A stretch of DNA of 64,000 bases. It comes from an uncultured Candidatus Saccharibacteria bacterium. GTDB taxonomy: Bacteria > Patescibacteriota > Minisyncoccia > Phycocordibacterales > UBA9973. The stretch's first letter is position 1. Each line of letters opens with the position of its first letter. Shown in pieces: positions 40,124 through 49,779 of this stretch. The notes under the pieces were generated by a model that saw only the letters and a program-made list of their open reading frames with translations, was not told where the DNA came from and searched no databases. Where the stretch lies: NCBI GenBank assembly GCA_964482735.1, contig CAYZYV010000001.1:16172-80171 (forward strand), in the 5' to 3' direction. The translations under genes and the position numbers were made by a program.

Positions 40124-40633
40124 ATGATTTTATCGATTATATCTGCAATAGGAGAAAACAGAGAGATTGGAGAAAAAAACAATCTATTGTGGAATTTACC
40201 TGCGGACATGAAGCATTTTAAAGAAACAACTTCTGGTCATGTAGTTATCATGGGACTAAAAACATTTGAATCAATTGGCAGACCTCTACCAAATAGAAGA
40301 AATATCGTATTAGCTCAAAACTATAATATTCAACTAGAAGGGGTGGAAATTTTTAACAGTGTAGAATCTTTATTAGACAACCTAGATAAAAGCTTAAACA
40401 AAGATGAGGAGGTTTTTGTTATAGGAGGTGGTCAAATATACAAACTTTTTATTAACATGGCTGATAGACTTTATATAACGCACGTTAATAAAAGCTTCCC
40501 TAATGCCGATGTCTTTTTCCCAGAGATAGATTCATCTTGGAGTGTTGTATCTAAAACAAATGTTATGACTGACAGTAAAAATAATTATGATTTTTACTTT
40601 TCCTTATATGAAAGATTGAACAAAAAAACTTGA
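40124..40633 (+). CDS. folA: Dihydrofolate reductase.
   Basis: ISAIGENREIGEKNNLLWNLPADMKHFKETTSGHVVIMG and the GGGQIY motif. Confidence 0.85.
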   Translation: MILSIISAIGENREIGEKNNLLWNLPADMKHFKETTSGHVVIMGLKTFESIGRPLPNRRNIVLAQNYNIQLEGVEIFNSVESLLDNLDKSLNKDEEVFVIGGGQIYKLFINMADRLYITHVNKSFPNADVFFPEIDSSWSVVSKTNVMTDSKNNYDFYFSLYERLNKKT

Positions 40634-40651
40634 GCTAGCTCAAGTTTTTTT
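40622..40651. terminator. Bidirectional terminator (A-run, palindrome, T-run) between folA and the convergent kinase gene.
   Basis: aaaaaaacttgagctagctcaagttttttt. Confidence 0.65.
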
Positions 40652-40655
40652 ATTT

Positions 40656-41213
40656 TTAATTATTTAACTCCAATAAAACTTCATCAAGACTTTCATATAA
40701 TTCCTTTTTTGTCTTTTCATTTATTATTGTCCAATCAGCTCTAGCTATCGGACCAGCCTGGTGTAAATTTTCTATTTGAGAATAATCTCTTGAAATTAAT
40801 TCTTCTTTTGTTAATGGTCTAATAGGTCTATCAGATAACCTTTTTATCCTTGTGTCGGGAGAAGCATAAATTGCCAATACTTTAAAAGAGTTTCCAAACT
40901 CTTTTTTCATTTCTAGGTATTCTTCCCAGCTGTATAAACTTTCAACCAAAACACTATTTTCTTGATAAAAATCTTTAACCTTTTGTAGGCTTAGAATAGC
41001 ATAAGCACCCATTCCATACTTGTTTCTTATTTCTTCCCTTGTCTTTCTCTCGTTCGCCTCGTTTATCTCTAACCCGTTTTTTCTCATTTCATCAAAAGTT
41101 GCATCTCCAAAATACACCTTTGGACATTTTAATTTCTCAACCAAATACTCCATTGCTTCTGTCTTACCAGAACCAGCCAATCCTACTAAAGCTAATACTA
41201 TTTTATTTTTCAT
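40656..41213 (-). CDS. P-loop nucleotide/nucleoside monophosphate kinase-like protein.
   Basis: Walker A (LVGLAGSGKTEA) in a ~185-aa NMP-kinase-sized protein. It overlaps the dCMP deaminase gene and is embedded in the thymidylate cluster. Confidence 0.45.
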   Translation of the reverse strand: MKNKIVLALVGLAGSGKTEAMEYLVEKLKCPKVYFGDATFDEMRKNGLEINEANERKTREEIRNKYGMGAYAILSLQKVKDFYQENSVLVESLYSWEEYLEMKKEFGNSFKVLAIYASPDTRIKRLSDRPIRPLTKEELISRDYSQIENLHQAGPIARADWTIINEKTKKELYESLDEVLLELNN

Positions 41214-41700
41214 TTTTTTTCTTAAGATTATACTGTCTCATTTTGACCTTGGCTAAAGTAAAAAGTTTACGACTAGCATTATTCCCTGGAGTTCCATTGT
41301 ATTTGTCGCTATCGTAAACAACTTCTTTGATTCCATTTTGAATTATCGTTTTAGCACATTCGTTACACGGAAAAAGCGTGCAATAAATTTTACATCCATG
41401 TGTAGAATTATTGGCATTATAAACAGCATTTTCTTCTGCATGGCAGACGTATGGATATTTAGTATCTTCAAAGTTACCCTCTCTAGCCCACGACAGAGCA
41501 TTAGCTTCTACACCTCTAGGCCAGCCATTATACCCAGCTCCTACCATTATGTTATTGTCGCTAACAATTATTGCTCCAGCTTGTGTAGATGGATCTGGTG
41601 ACCTTTCTGCCATCACATATGCCATTTGCATAAAACATTCATCCCAGGTGATACGATTCTCTCGTGGTTTTATTTTTGGTGTTGTTTTTTTATTTGCCAT
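41203..41700 (-). CDS. dCMP deaminase (cytidine/deoxycytidylate deaminase zinc-binding family).
   Basis: CHAEENAV and CTLFPCNECAK zinc ligand motifs. Confidence 0.8.
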   Translation of the reverse strand: MANKKTTPKIKPRENRITWDECFMQMAYVMAERSPDPSTQAGAIIVSDNNIMVGAGYNGWPRGVEANALSWAREGNFEDTKYPYVCHAEENAVYNANNSTHGCKIYCTLFPCNECAKTIIQNGIKEVVYDSDKYNGTPGNNASRKLFTLAKVKMRQYNLKKKNEK

Positions 41701-41779
41701 TTTGTTTTTAAAAATTAGTAAACAAAGTAATGCTTACATTATATTAAAAAACAACCAATAAGGAAATAGCGGTTATAAT

Positions 41780-43003
41780 CTATTCATAACGTAAGGCATC
41801 TATCGGATTTAGGTTCGCTGCTCTGTGTGCTGGATAATACCCGAATGTAATTCCTATTAGGGCAGATACTCCGAATGATAAGAATACAGAACCTATGGAG
41901 ACCTGTGTGTTTACTACTTCAAAATAATTCAAAACAAAAGATATTCCCCAACCTAAAATCACACCAATCACCCCTCCAGTAAGAGTAAGCATGGTGGCTT
42001 CTATCAAAAATTGACTATTTATATCTTTTCTTTTAGCTCCAATCGCTTTTCTTAAACCAATTTCTCTCGTCCTCTCTGTTACTGTAGTCAACATCATATT
42101 CATGATTCCTATTCCCCCAACGATTAAAGAAATAGCGGCAACCGCAGCAAGGAAAGTAGTAAATGTTCCAATAACTTCAGAAACGGTTTCTATCATATCG
42201 GCTTGGTTAGAAGTTGTGAAATCATCTGTACCGTTTTCTGCAATTTTATGTCTTTTCCTTAATAACGTTTCCACATCGCTTTGGACAAGAGATGAATAAT
42301 CCGAGCTTTCTGTTGATATGTAAATGTTTGAAAGATATTTGTTCCCTGTTAAATACCTTTGGGCTGTTGTATATGGGATATAAACAGTGTCATCACTACT
42401 CATTGGACCTGTTCCACCCTTAGACAATGCTACTCCTATGATTTTATATTCTGTCCCAGAAATTCTTATCATTTCTCCAACAACATTATCTGTATTTTCT
42501 CCAAAGAGATCATCTCTTACTGTTGAACCAAGGACAACTACTTTTGATGTTTTTTCAACATTTTGATCAGATAGAAAATCACCCTCTCTAAGTTCTATGT
42601 TCCTAACAACAGCATAATTTGGTTCTGTACCAACAATACTCGTATTGGTATTATTACCAGAAAATACTAATTGTTGTTGAGAACTTACTACTTTAACAAC
42701 AGCAGAAACGTGACTAATACTCTCAGATATGGCGTCTGCATCTTCTAGTGTTAGAGTTTTAGCAGAACCTCGTTGACCTTGCGGTCCGCCAAACGATCTA
42801 ACAGCTCCAGGAGAAACAGTGACTAGATTTGCTCCTATAGATTCTATACTCTCTGTAACTTGCTGTTTTGCTCCATTACCAATAGCCGTCATTGTAATAA
42901 CTGAAGCTATACCTATTATGATACCGAGCATCGTCAAACCTGTTCGTGCTTTGTTAGATTTAAGAGCTATAAATGTTTCTAATAAAATATCTCGAATTTT
43001 CAT
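41780..43003 (-). CDS. ABC transporter permease, MacB/FtsX-like.
   Basis: N-terminal TM, a large periplasmic domain and the C-terminal FtsX 3-TM bundle. Confidence 0.8.
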   Translation of the reverse strand: MKIRDILLETFIALKSNKARTGLTMLGIIIGIASVITMTAIGNGAKQQVTESIESIGANLVTVSPGAVRSFGGPQGQRGSAKTLTLEDADAISESISHVSAVVKVVSSQQQLVFSGNNTNTSIVGTEPNYAVVRNIELREGDFLSDQNVEKTSKVVVLGSTVRDDLFGENTDNVVGEMIRISGTEYKIIGVALSKGGTGPMSSDDTVYIPYTTAQRYLTGNKYLSNIYISTESSDYSSLVQSDVETLLRKRHKIAENGTDDFTTSNQADMIETVSEVIGTFTTFLAAVAAISLIVGGIGIMNMMLTTVTERTREIGLRKAIGAKRKDINSQFLIEATMLTLTGGVIGVILGWGISFVLNYFEVVNTQVSIGSVFLSFGVSALIGITFGYYPAHRAANLNPIDALRYE

Positions 43004-43006
43004 AGA

Positions 43007-43714
43007 TTATATTTTCGCTTCCCTTTTCGTATGACGAATAGGATTTTCCGTTAAGAGACCATCTCGAATAAATAAAATTCTATCTGCGTGCTCGGCAACT
43101 TCTTGTTCGTGGGTAATCAAAACTATCGTCCGACCACTTTCTTTATTTAATTTTTGAAAAGTAGCCAATACAATATTCCCTGTTTTTGTATCCAGGTTTC
43201 CAGTTGGTTCATCAGCAAGTATTATTGATGGATTATTAACCAAGGCTCGAGCTATTGCCACTCTTTGAATTTGACCTCCAGAAAGTTGATTTGATAAGTG
43301 ACCAAAATGTGATTCATCTAATCCTGCTTCCTTAAGAGCCTCTTTTGCTCTTCTTTCTCTTTCAGAAAATGTGACACCTTCGTATACAAGTGGTAACATT
43401 ACATTTTTTAAAACAGTTGTTCTCGGTAAAAGATTAAACGACTGAAAGACGAAGCCGATATTTTTCTGTCTTATTTCAGATAATTCATCATCTGATAACT
43501 TTGAGACATCTTTACCATCTAAAAAATATTTCCCTGACGTAGGATTGTCTAGTGCCCCCAGGATATGCATGAGAGTAGATTTACCAGAACCAGAAGGTCC
43601 CATGATTGCTACAAATTCTCCATCTTCAACCTTAAAACTTACTCCATTTAAAGCTGGATATGGTTCATCACTATTTTGGTTATAAACCTTTTTTATATTT
43701 TTAACTTCAATCAT
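43007..43714 (-). CDS. ABC transporter ATP-binding protein (MacB/LolD-like).
   Basis: Walker A GPSGSGKST, signature LSGGQIQRVAIARAL and Walker B ILADEPTGNLD. Confidence 0.85.
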   Translation of the reverse strand: MIEVKNIKKVYNQNSDEPYPALNGVSFKVEDGEFVAIMGPSGSGKSTLMHILGALDNPTSGKYFLDGKDVSKLSDDELSEIRQKNIGFVFQSFNLLPRTTVLKNVMLPLVYEGVTFSERERRAKEALKEAGLDESHFGHLSNQLSGGQIQRVAIARALVNNPSIILADEPTGNLDTKTGNIVLATFQKLNKESGRTIVLITHEQEVAEHADRILFIRDGLLTENPIRHTKREAKI

Positions 43715-43715
43715 A

Positions 43716-45362
43716 TTATCGCATCATTGCCCCCATGGCAGAGCCACCCATAGGAGGAACTCCGCCCATTACATTCTTATTGTTATTTGATCCTTGTGTT
43801 TTGCTATTTTGAGATGTTGTACTTTGAGTGCTAGACGACATTACCGTCTTAGAAATTATTTGATCACCATTATTCAAACCAGAAACTATTTCTATTAAAG
43901 TATCATCTGTAATCCCAGTAACCACTTCTTTTCTTATTATCTTCGAAGTAGCCAAAACTGCTTCAGACTTGTCTTTCAAAGTAACAGGGATTTCAAAAGC
44001 TTCTACATATGATTTTCCATTTTTGGTCTTAACTGCATTGTTTGAAACGGTTAATATATTCTTTTTCTCGTTAGTAATGATAGAAGCATTGACACTCATT
44101 CCTGGTTTAACACGAGCATCATCTTTACTAAAAACAATTTTTACTCCATAAGTCACCACCCCCGAATTAACTTCTCCCACAGAATCTATTTCTATTACCT
44201 TTCCTGGCAAGGTTAGATCTTCTAACGCGTCAAAAGTTAAAGTAACCTCTTGTCCTTCTTTTATAGATGCAACATCTACTTCATTTAAAGAAATAACTGC
44301 AACCTTGGAGGTAGTTATGATTGTACCAACAGAAGAACCAGATGATTCACCAATTTTTGCTGTGATAGAAGAAACTATTCCATCTATCGGAGCATAAATA
44401 AAGCAATCTTGATAAGACTGTTGCTTGTTTTCAAGAGTAAGTAAGGCACTTTTAATATCTATTTCATCAGCCGGGTTAATAGTTTCATTGAGTGATTCTT
44501 TATTTTTCTTTATCTCATTTTTACTAGACAACAAACTATTCACGGAATTATTTGTTTCTTCTACCCAAGAAGAAACATCATCCTTGGTAGTTTTGGATAG
44601 GGTTGTAGAATCTTCCAGATATAACGAGACATAATTGACGGCTGTCTGTAAATCTTTTGTTGCATTAGCATACAAGATTGCAATTTGGTGTGCATCATCT
44701 ATTGTTTTTTCTATTTCCTCCCTTGAGCTATTTCTAGATAAATTTTTATAAACTTTTACAAAGTCATCAAAAGATCTTTTTGCTTTATAAAAACTATTCT
44801 CTGCCGTTTCTACTTTTTGTCGGCCACTACTATTTAATTTTAGATTTTTTTCTGGACCAAGGTATCCATCTTTATCAAATACTTCACTTATATTTTCTTG
44901 TAATAACGTGGTATCGGAAACAAAAGAGGAAACATTATTCCAGCCGTTGTCATATGACACATTCAAACCATTTTCTGATTTTAAAACAGAAAGAGAATCT
45001 GGTGATACAGTTTTTTGGTAATCTAATTTGGCAATCTCTAAAGCCCTCTTGGCTTCTCTGGAATCTACTTCTGCTATCAAAGTCCCTTTCTCTACTCGTT
45101 GTCCTTCCTTTACTGCTACACGGGTTATTGTACCCGATGATTTAGCCTGTATGGTAATTGAATCTTCTGCTTCTACTTGGCCGGTCTCGGTTACATATGT
45201 AGTTATATTTTTCAATTCTGCATTTTCTAATACGTATTTTGCCTCACTCTTATCCCTATTAAAAAATAATAAAAAGACAACTGACAATAGCACAACAGCC
45301 AAGATTATACTTATAACCTTATGCCTAAGCACAAGATTTTTTATTTTTTTAACTTTATTCAT
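43716..45362 (-). CDS. Membrane fusion / periplasmic adaptor protein (HlyD/MacA-like). It has a long coiled coil and a G/M-rich C-terminal tail.
   Basis: N-terminal TM, beta-barrel/lipoyl-like segments flanking a ~250-aa coiled coil. It lies upstream of and adjacent to the ABC ATPase/permease. Confidence 0.6.
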   Translation of the reverse strand: MNKVKKIKNLVLRHKVISIILAVVLLSVVFLLFFNRDKSEAKYVLENAELKNITTYVTETGQVEAEDSITIQAKSSGTITRVAVKEGQRVEKGTLIAEVDSREAKRALEIAKLDYQKTVSPDSLSVLKSENGLNVSYDNGWNNVSSFVSDTTLLQENISEVFDKDGYLGPEKNLKLNSSGRQKVETAENSFYKAKRSFDDFVKVYKNLSRNSSREEIEKTIDDAHQIAILYANATKDLQTAVNYVSLYLEDSTTLSKTTKDDVSSWVEETNNSVNSLLSSKNEIKKNKESLNETINPADEIDIKSALLTLENKQQSYQDCFIYAPIDGIVSSITAKIGESSGSSVGTIITTSKVAVISLNEVDVASIKEGQEVTLTFDALEDLTLPGKVIEIDSVGEVNSGVVTYGVKIVFSKDDARVKPGMSVNASIITNEKKNILTVSNNAVKTKNGKSYVEAFEIPVTLKDKSEAVLATSKIIRKEVVTGITDDTLIEIVSGLNNGDQIISKTVMSSSTQSTTSQNSKTQGSNNNKNVMGGVPPMGGSAMGAMMR

Positions 45363-45364
45363 TT

Positions 45365-45856
45365 TTAGTTAAAAGAATCCTCTAGTGGTACTGGTAATAC
45401 GCGAATTAATTTCGCCTCTATCTGACCTTTGTCATTGGGATTTCCAACCACCACAATAGCATCTTCCAATTTTAATTCTTCTTTTGTTATGGTTTCTCTT
45501 GCTTTTCTAATTTGTGTTTTTTCATCAATAACAACTACTTTTTCAGTAGATTCTTTGTCATCAAAAACTATAACATTTGGTAAGGAAATTTTTATTATTT
45601 TACCAATAGACCCATTTGCGTTAGGAAAATTCCTAAATTCGCCTCTTCCTTTATTTGGCGGAAGAGGATTCATTCTCGGAGCCCCAAAGTTAGCTTCATA
45701 ATTTCTTCCCCAATTACAATTAAACATGGCTCTTTTGTGACCAGCAATAGTACCTAGATGAAAGATACAAAAAAGAACCGCTAGGGATAATGTTGTATAT
45801 AATACAATCCTAAAGTCTCTTGAATTTAAAATATTCTTGATTTTTTCTTTATTCAT
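45365..45856 (-). CDS. Hypothetical membrane-anchored protein in the ECF-sigma/efflux operon.
   Basis: N-terminal TM. No other motif was recognised. Confidence 0.3.
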   Translation of the reverse strand: MNKEKIKNILNSRDFRIVLYTTLSLAVLFCIFHLGTIAGHKRAMFNCNWGRNYEANFGAPRMNPLPPNKGRGEFRNFPNANGSIGKIIKISLPNVIVFDDKESTEKVVVIDEKTQIRKARETITKEELKLEDAIVVVGNPNDKGQIEAKLIRVLPVPLEDSFN

Positions 45857-45869
45857 ATTTTTTAAAAAA

Positions 45870-46268
45870 TTACGCTATTAATAATCTATTTTTAAGATAG
45901 TAGAAGGTCTTTTTTGTTGAAAAGAATAATGCAAAGACTAAGAATAAAGTAACTCCTAGACTAGCAAATGGAATTGAATCCGCTAGTGTCAAAGTGTACT
46001 CTTTCCAGTAGGTTGCCAAGAAACTACCATCAGAGAACAACAATGAAACATATTCAAAGAACCCCAACTTTTCGAACTCAGAAACCAAACTTACTATTGA
46101 AACAATCAAACCTACAAATGAAAACAATCCAAAAGAAGCAAAACCAATAGATTTGAATTTCACTTTTCTGTCTATTTTTCTTGAGATTTCAGTCCAAATA
46201 TCCAAAGATAGTTGATCTCTTGAAGTATTTGCTGTTTTTATAAAAATCTCTTTAATATCTGTTTCCAT
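45870..46268 (-). CDS. Putative anti-sigma factor (small polytopic membrane protein immediately downstream of the ECF sigma).
   Basis: Assigned by position and by a cytoplasmic N-terminus followed by TM segments. This is inference only. Confidence 0.3.
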   Translation of the reverse strand: METDIKEIFIKTANTSRDQLSLDIWTEISRKIDRKVKFKSIGFASFGLFSFVGLIVSIVSLVSEFEKLGFFEYVSLLFSDGSFLATYWKEYTLTLADSIPFASLGVTLFLVFALFFSTKKTFYYLKNRLLIA

Positions 46269-46311
46269 GTGTAGTTTATACGATTTAAAATTAGTTTTGG
46301 TGCAAAGTGTT

Positions 46312-46926
46312 TTAATTATTTTTTCCTTTTAATTCTTGTTTCAATTTAATAATTGCTCGCCGATGATAACTTTTGACTGTGTTTAATGGTTTGTCGAGTA
46401 ACTCTCCTATCTCTTTGAAGGTCATCTCGTTTTCATAATATAAAACAAGTATTTCTTTGTAGTGAGCTGGGAGTAATGAAATTGCCTCTTTTAAAAAATT
46501 TACATCTTCATTTTTAATAAAAATATTTTCTTGATCTGTTAAATCATCTGGTATGTTTTCCACTAAATCTTTGTCTTCTTCATAAAGCGAAGAAAAACTA
46601 ATGGATTTTTTCTTTCTTAGATAATCTATCGTAGTATTCCTCGCTATATTGTATATCCAAGTTTTAAAACTTGCTCTTTTGGTGTCAAAATTTTTGAGAT
46701 TCTTCCAAACTTTTATAAACACATCTTGAGTGAGATCTTCCGCGCTATCTTTCCCCGCTAGCCTAGAGATATAACTATATATCAGCTGAGTATATTTATC
46801 TATAATAAGTTTCAGAGATAAATCATCTCCGCCCAAATAGTTTTCTATAAGATTTTCGTCTTTCTTATCCATCTGTAATATCATATCATTTTGAGACTTC
46901 GGAGAAAATATCGTTTTGTAAATCAA
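46312..46926 (-). CDS. ECF-type RNA polymerase sigma-70 factor.
   Basis: Region 2 (DLTQDVFIKVWKNLKNFD...FKTWIYNIARN) and region 4 (LPAHYKEILVLYYENEMTFKEIGELLDKPLNTVKSYHRRA). The real start is probably an internal Met (~46884). Confidence 0.8.
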   Translation of the reverse strand: MIYKTIFSPKSQNDMILQMDKKDENLIENYLGGDDLSLKLIIDKYTQLIYSYISRLAGKDSAEDLTQDVFIKVWKNLKNFDTKRASFKTWIYNIARNTTIDYLRKKKSISFSSLYEEDKDLVENIPDDLTDQENIFIKNEDVNFLKEAISLLPAHYKEILVLYYENEMTFKEIGELLDKPLNTVKSYHRRAIIKLKQELKGKNN

Positions 46927-46994
46927 AAAAATGATTTTACTGGCACTCTTGACTTTTAGAACTGATTAAGTATAATAGTATCGAAAAGTTCCTA

Positions 46995-47408
46995 TTGTTA
47001 AACGAACAAAAAACTTTATACGTTATGTGCAGAAATTCAGTCCTCGTCGTCACAACAAAGAGACCGTCTAAACAAGACGAAAATACTTATGCCCAAGAAG
47101 TCAAAAAGGAAATCTTTTCTTCTGGAAAAACGCTAAAAGACGGAGAATTCAAGGTTGAAGTCAGCTTTATTGACCACAATGGGCACATTGACTACCAATC
47201 AAAGAAAGGGTCTCATATAAAAAGGGTAGTCTTTGATCTCGGTGGTTTCCGCGACGAAGGAAAAACAATCGCCAATGTGAAAAAAGGCTTAGCCAAGGTA
47301 AACAAGGTTGAGAACCCTCTCATGTTGAGAATCAGTACCGGAGATAATCTACATGGTTGCAAGAGCATTTCAAAATTGAAACATGTCGCATGCGACTTTG
47401 CGGATTAA
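46995..47408 (+). CDS. Hypothetical protein.
   Basis: It is an ORF followed by a strong GC-stem bidirectional terminator. Confidence 0.3.
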   Translation: MLNEQKTLYVMCRNSVLVVTTKRPSKQDENTYAQEVKKEIFSSGKTLKDGEFKVEVSFIDHNGHIDYQSKKGSHIKRVVFDLGGFRDEGKTIANVKKGLAKVNKVENPLMLRISTGDNLHGCKSISKLKHVACDFAD

Positions 47409-47435
47409 AAGAAACGCACACGTAAGAAAAAACAA

Positions 47436-47475
47436 AAAGAACGGCGCCCACAAGGCGCCGTGTTTTTTATTTTTC
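47436..47475. terminator. Bidirectional terminator between convergent genes.
   Basis: acggcgcc-cacaa-ggcgccgt flanked by A-run and T-run. Confidence 0.65.
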
Positions 47476-47871
47476 TTATTCAGTTGTTACTCCGTCAAAT
47501 TCTGCTTCGTTTTGTTCTGCTTCATTTTTAGTTGATCTCACTATTCCGTCTTTGTGATGAGCAGGAGAATATATTGTATACATCTTTAATCCATCATCTC
47601 CAGCTATAACATTGTGTCTTGAACCTTTAGGGACAACCACTGCATCACCGTCCTTAACTTCATATTCTGTTTCATCTATCACCACCCTTCCACTACCCTT
47701 TTCGAATCTAAAGAATTGATCATTTTCATCATGGACTTCCATTCCAATATCTTCATTAGGAAGAAGACTCATAAGTACGAGCTGGCTCATTTCTCCAGTG
47801 TATAAAACTTTTCTAAAGTTATTGTTATCTTCTGTTAACTTTTCTATGTTATCTTTAAAACCCTTTTTCAT
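47476..47871 (-). CDS. Cupin-2 domain protein.
   Basis: G(x)5HxH(x)nE-like cupin motif region (HDENDQFFRFEKGSGRVVIDE...GDAVVVPKGSRHNV). Confidence 0.6.
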   Translation of the reverse strand: MKKGFKDNIEKLTEDNNNFRKVLYTGEMSQLVLMSLLPNEDIGMEVHDENDQFFRFEKGSGRVVIDETEYEVKDGDAVVVPKGSRHNVIAGDDGLKMYTIYSPAHHKDGIVRSTKNEAEQNEAEFDGVTTE

Positions 47872-47906
47872 ACGTTTTATATTTTTTAATTAAACTAATA
47901 ATAACT

Positions 47907-48572
47907 TTAATTGTTGACCTCCGTTTCTTGAACTTTATCTTCAGATTCATCACCTTCTTCTTTAGTGTCTTTTTTCTCATCTTTGATTTGGGATTGATAT
48001 GCTCTATACATCCTAGACATTACTAAGTATCCTACTGGGAAAGTAAACAATACTCCTACCCCAAAGAAGATAAAACCAGAAATCATAAATAATCCAATGA
48101 GTAAGTTTTTCCAAAATAGTCTCCACCCATTTTTCTTTGTCATCACCCAAGAATCAGAGAGACTATCTATAGCTCCTTGGTTTTTTTCTATTGAAAGATA
48201 CAAAGCAAAAGCTAGTCTTCCGGAAAAATAAAAAGCTGGCAAAAGTAAAAACGGCAAGCTTACTATGAAGATGATAAAAAATAGAACCGAAGTTTTTAGT
48301 ACGTTCCAATATTGCAAAAGCGTTGGAAATGTTTTTTTGCTAAAAAAATCATAACCCTTTTTATCTATCAAACATAGAGTATATTTTATCCAAACGAAAA
48401 CAAGTAGGAAGCTTATGGCAAAAGAAAGAACAGCTGGTCCAAAACCGTTTTCTTGGCTAAAAGCATTAACTATGGCTGTTACCGCCGTCAAAAGGATTAA
48501 AACGCCAAAGTTCTCTTTGTAGATAGGCCAAGATTGTTTAATTGAATCCCAAATTTTAAATTTAAAAATCAT
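47907..48572 (-). CDS. Hypothetical polytopic membrane protein with a charged C-terminal tail.
   Basis: About 5 predicted TM helices. No motif was recognised. Confidence 0.35.
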   Translation of the reverse strand: MIFKFKIWDSIKQSWPIYKENFGVLILLTAVTAIVNAFSQENGFGPAVLSFAISFLLVFVWIKYTLCLIDKKGYDFFSKKTFPTLLQYWNVLKTSVLFFIIFIVSLPFLLLPAFYFSGRLAFALYLSIEKNQGAIDSLSDSWVMTKKNGWRLFWKNLLIGLFMISGFIFFGVGVLFTFPVGYLVMSRMYRAYQSQIKDEKKDTKEEGDESEDKVQETEVNN

Positions 48573-48719
48573 GTTTTTTAAAAAATAAAACTAATAATTA
48601 ACTACTTTTTTATTATAACAATTAAACCTCAAAAACCACAATAGGGGGAGCAAATTGACAAAAATTGCTAAAAGTCTAGTATAATATGAAATATAGAACA
48701 AAACTAAAAAACAAAAATT

Positions 48720-49412
48720 ATGAGAAAACATAAATTGATAGTGATAGAGGGTACCGACGGATCGGGAAAAGCCACTCAAACAAAAATGATCCGCGAAAGG
48801 CTAGAGGCTGAGGGTTTAAAAGTAGAAACTCGAGACTTTCCTAATTATAAAAATTTCTATGGAAAAATGATTGGGAAGTTCCTTTCAGATCCGGTCTATG
48901 ATTGGGTTCACGTTCACCCATTGATAGCATCAACATTCTATGCCTTAAATAGAGATGAGGATAAGGAAGAAATCGAGAAGCTCATCCGTAGTAACGATAT
49001 TGTAGTTTTTGACCGCTATGTATCTGCAAATCAGATACACCAGGGTGGTAAAATTAAAGATATCGGAAAAAGAAGAGAGTTCTTAAAAGAATTAGAGTTG
49101 TATGAGTACGACAAACTCGGATTGCCAAAGCCAAACCTTGTTTTCTTTTTGGATCTATCTCCTGCCCTATCCCAGAAGCTTATTGAAAAAAGAGATGAAG
49201 AGACTAAGCGAAGTTATCTTAATGGTAAAAAAGACGTGCATGAAACCAACGACGAATTCAAAAAGAATTCTTACGAAGCAGCTGTCTGGCTTGCCAAAAT
49301 GGAACCTAACTGGATAAGGATCAACTGTGAAAAAGATGGAGATATTAAATCCGTCGAAGAAATTCACGAAGAAATCTATTCCAAGCTCACAGCTTTCTTA
49401 AAAACCCATTAA
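48720..49412 (+). CDS. tmk: Thymidylate kinase.
   Basis: IVIEGTDGSGKATQ P-loop, DRYVSANQIHQG and lid region. Confidence 0.8.
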   Translation: MRKHKLIVIEGTDGSGKATQTKMIRERLEAEGLKVETRDFPNYKNFYGKMIGKFLSDPVYDWVHVHPLIASTFYALNRDEDKEEIEKLIRSNDIVVFDRYVSANQIHQGGKIKDIGKRREFLKELELYEYDKLGLPKPNLVFFLDLSPALSQKLIEKRDEETKRSYLNGKKDVHETNDEFKKNSYEAAVWLAKMEPNWIRINCEKDGDIKSVEEIHEEIYSKLTAFLKTH

Positions 49413-49426
49413 TGAACAAAAAACGA

Positions 49427-49458
49427 AGGACTCCGTCAAAACACGGAGCCTTTTTGTT
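49427..49458 (+). terminator. Terminator after tmk.
   Basis: ctccg-tcaaaaca-cggag followed by tttttgtttg. Confidence 0.5.
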
Positions 49459-49551
49459 TGCTGGCGTCCTTGAGCCAGAACGGTGGTCAGTCAAGCCCTG
49501 TAAGGACATTTCTAATACTTCTATCTTATCATTTTGACGGTCTTTGAGCAT

Positions 49552-49743
49552 CTATAAAATTACTTGATTTCCGTCTTGATCTAAAACTGATCCTTTTGGT
49601 GGTTTATACCTATCTGGATTTTGTTTTCTATCCTGATCAAGTAGCCATTGAAAAACTGCCACCACTCTATCAGTCTCTTCCTTGGTCCAATTTTTAGGAT
49701 CTCGTTTATCTTCATTATTCATAAAAAGTGACAAAAGTGACAC
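49552..49743 (-). CDS. Small charged hypothetical protein at the 3' end of the lexA-Thoeris operon.
   Basis: 63-aa ORF, same strand, 36 nt after the upstream gene. Confidence 0.25.
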   Translation of the reverse strand: MSLLSLFMNNEDKRDPKNWTKEETDRVVAVFQWLLDQDRKQNPDRYKPPKGSVLDQDGNQVIL

Positions 49744-49779
49744 AGGTTTGAGTATAAAAGTTACAAACTACTGTAACTT

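Noticed and set aside
48591-48779. A 62-aa ORF overlapping the tmk start.
   Set aside because: It overlaps the tmk promoter and start on the opposite strand and is Cys/Phe-rich low complexity. It is treated as spurious.
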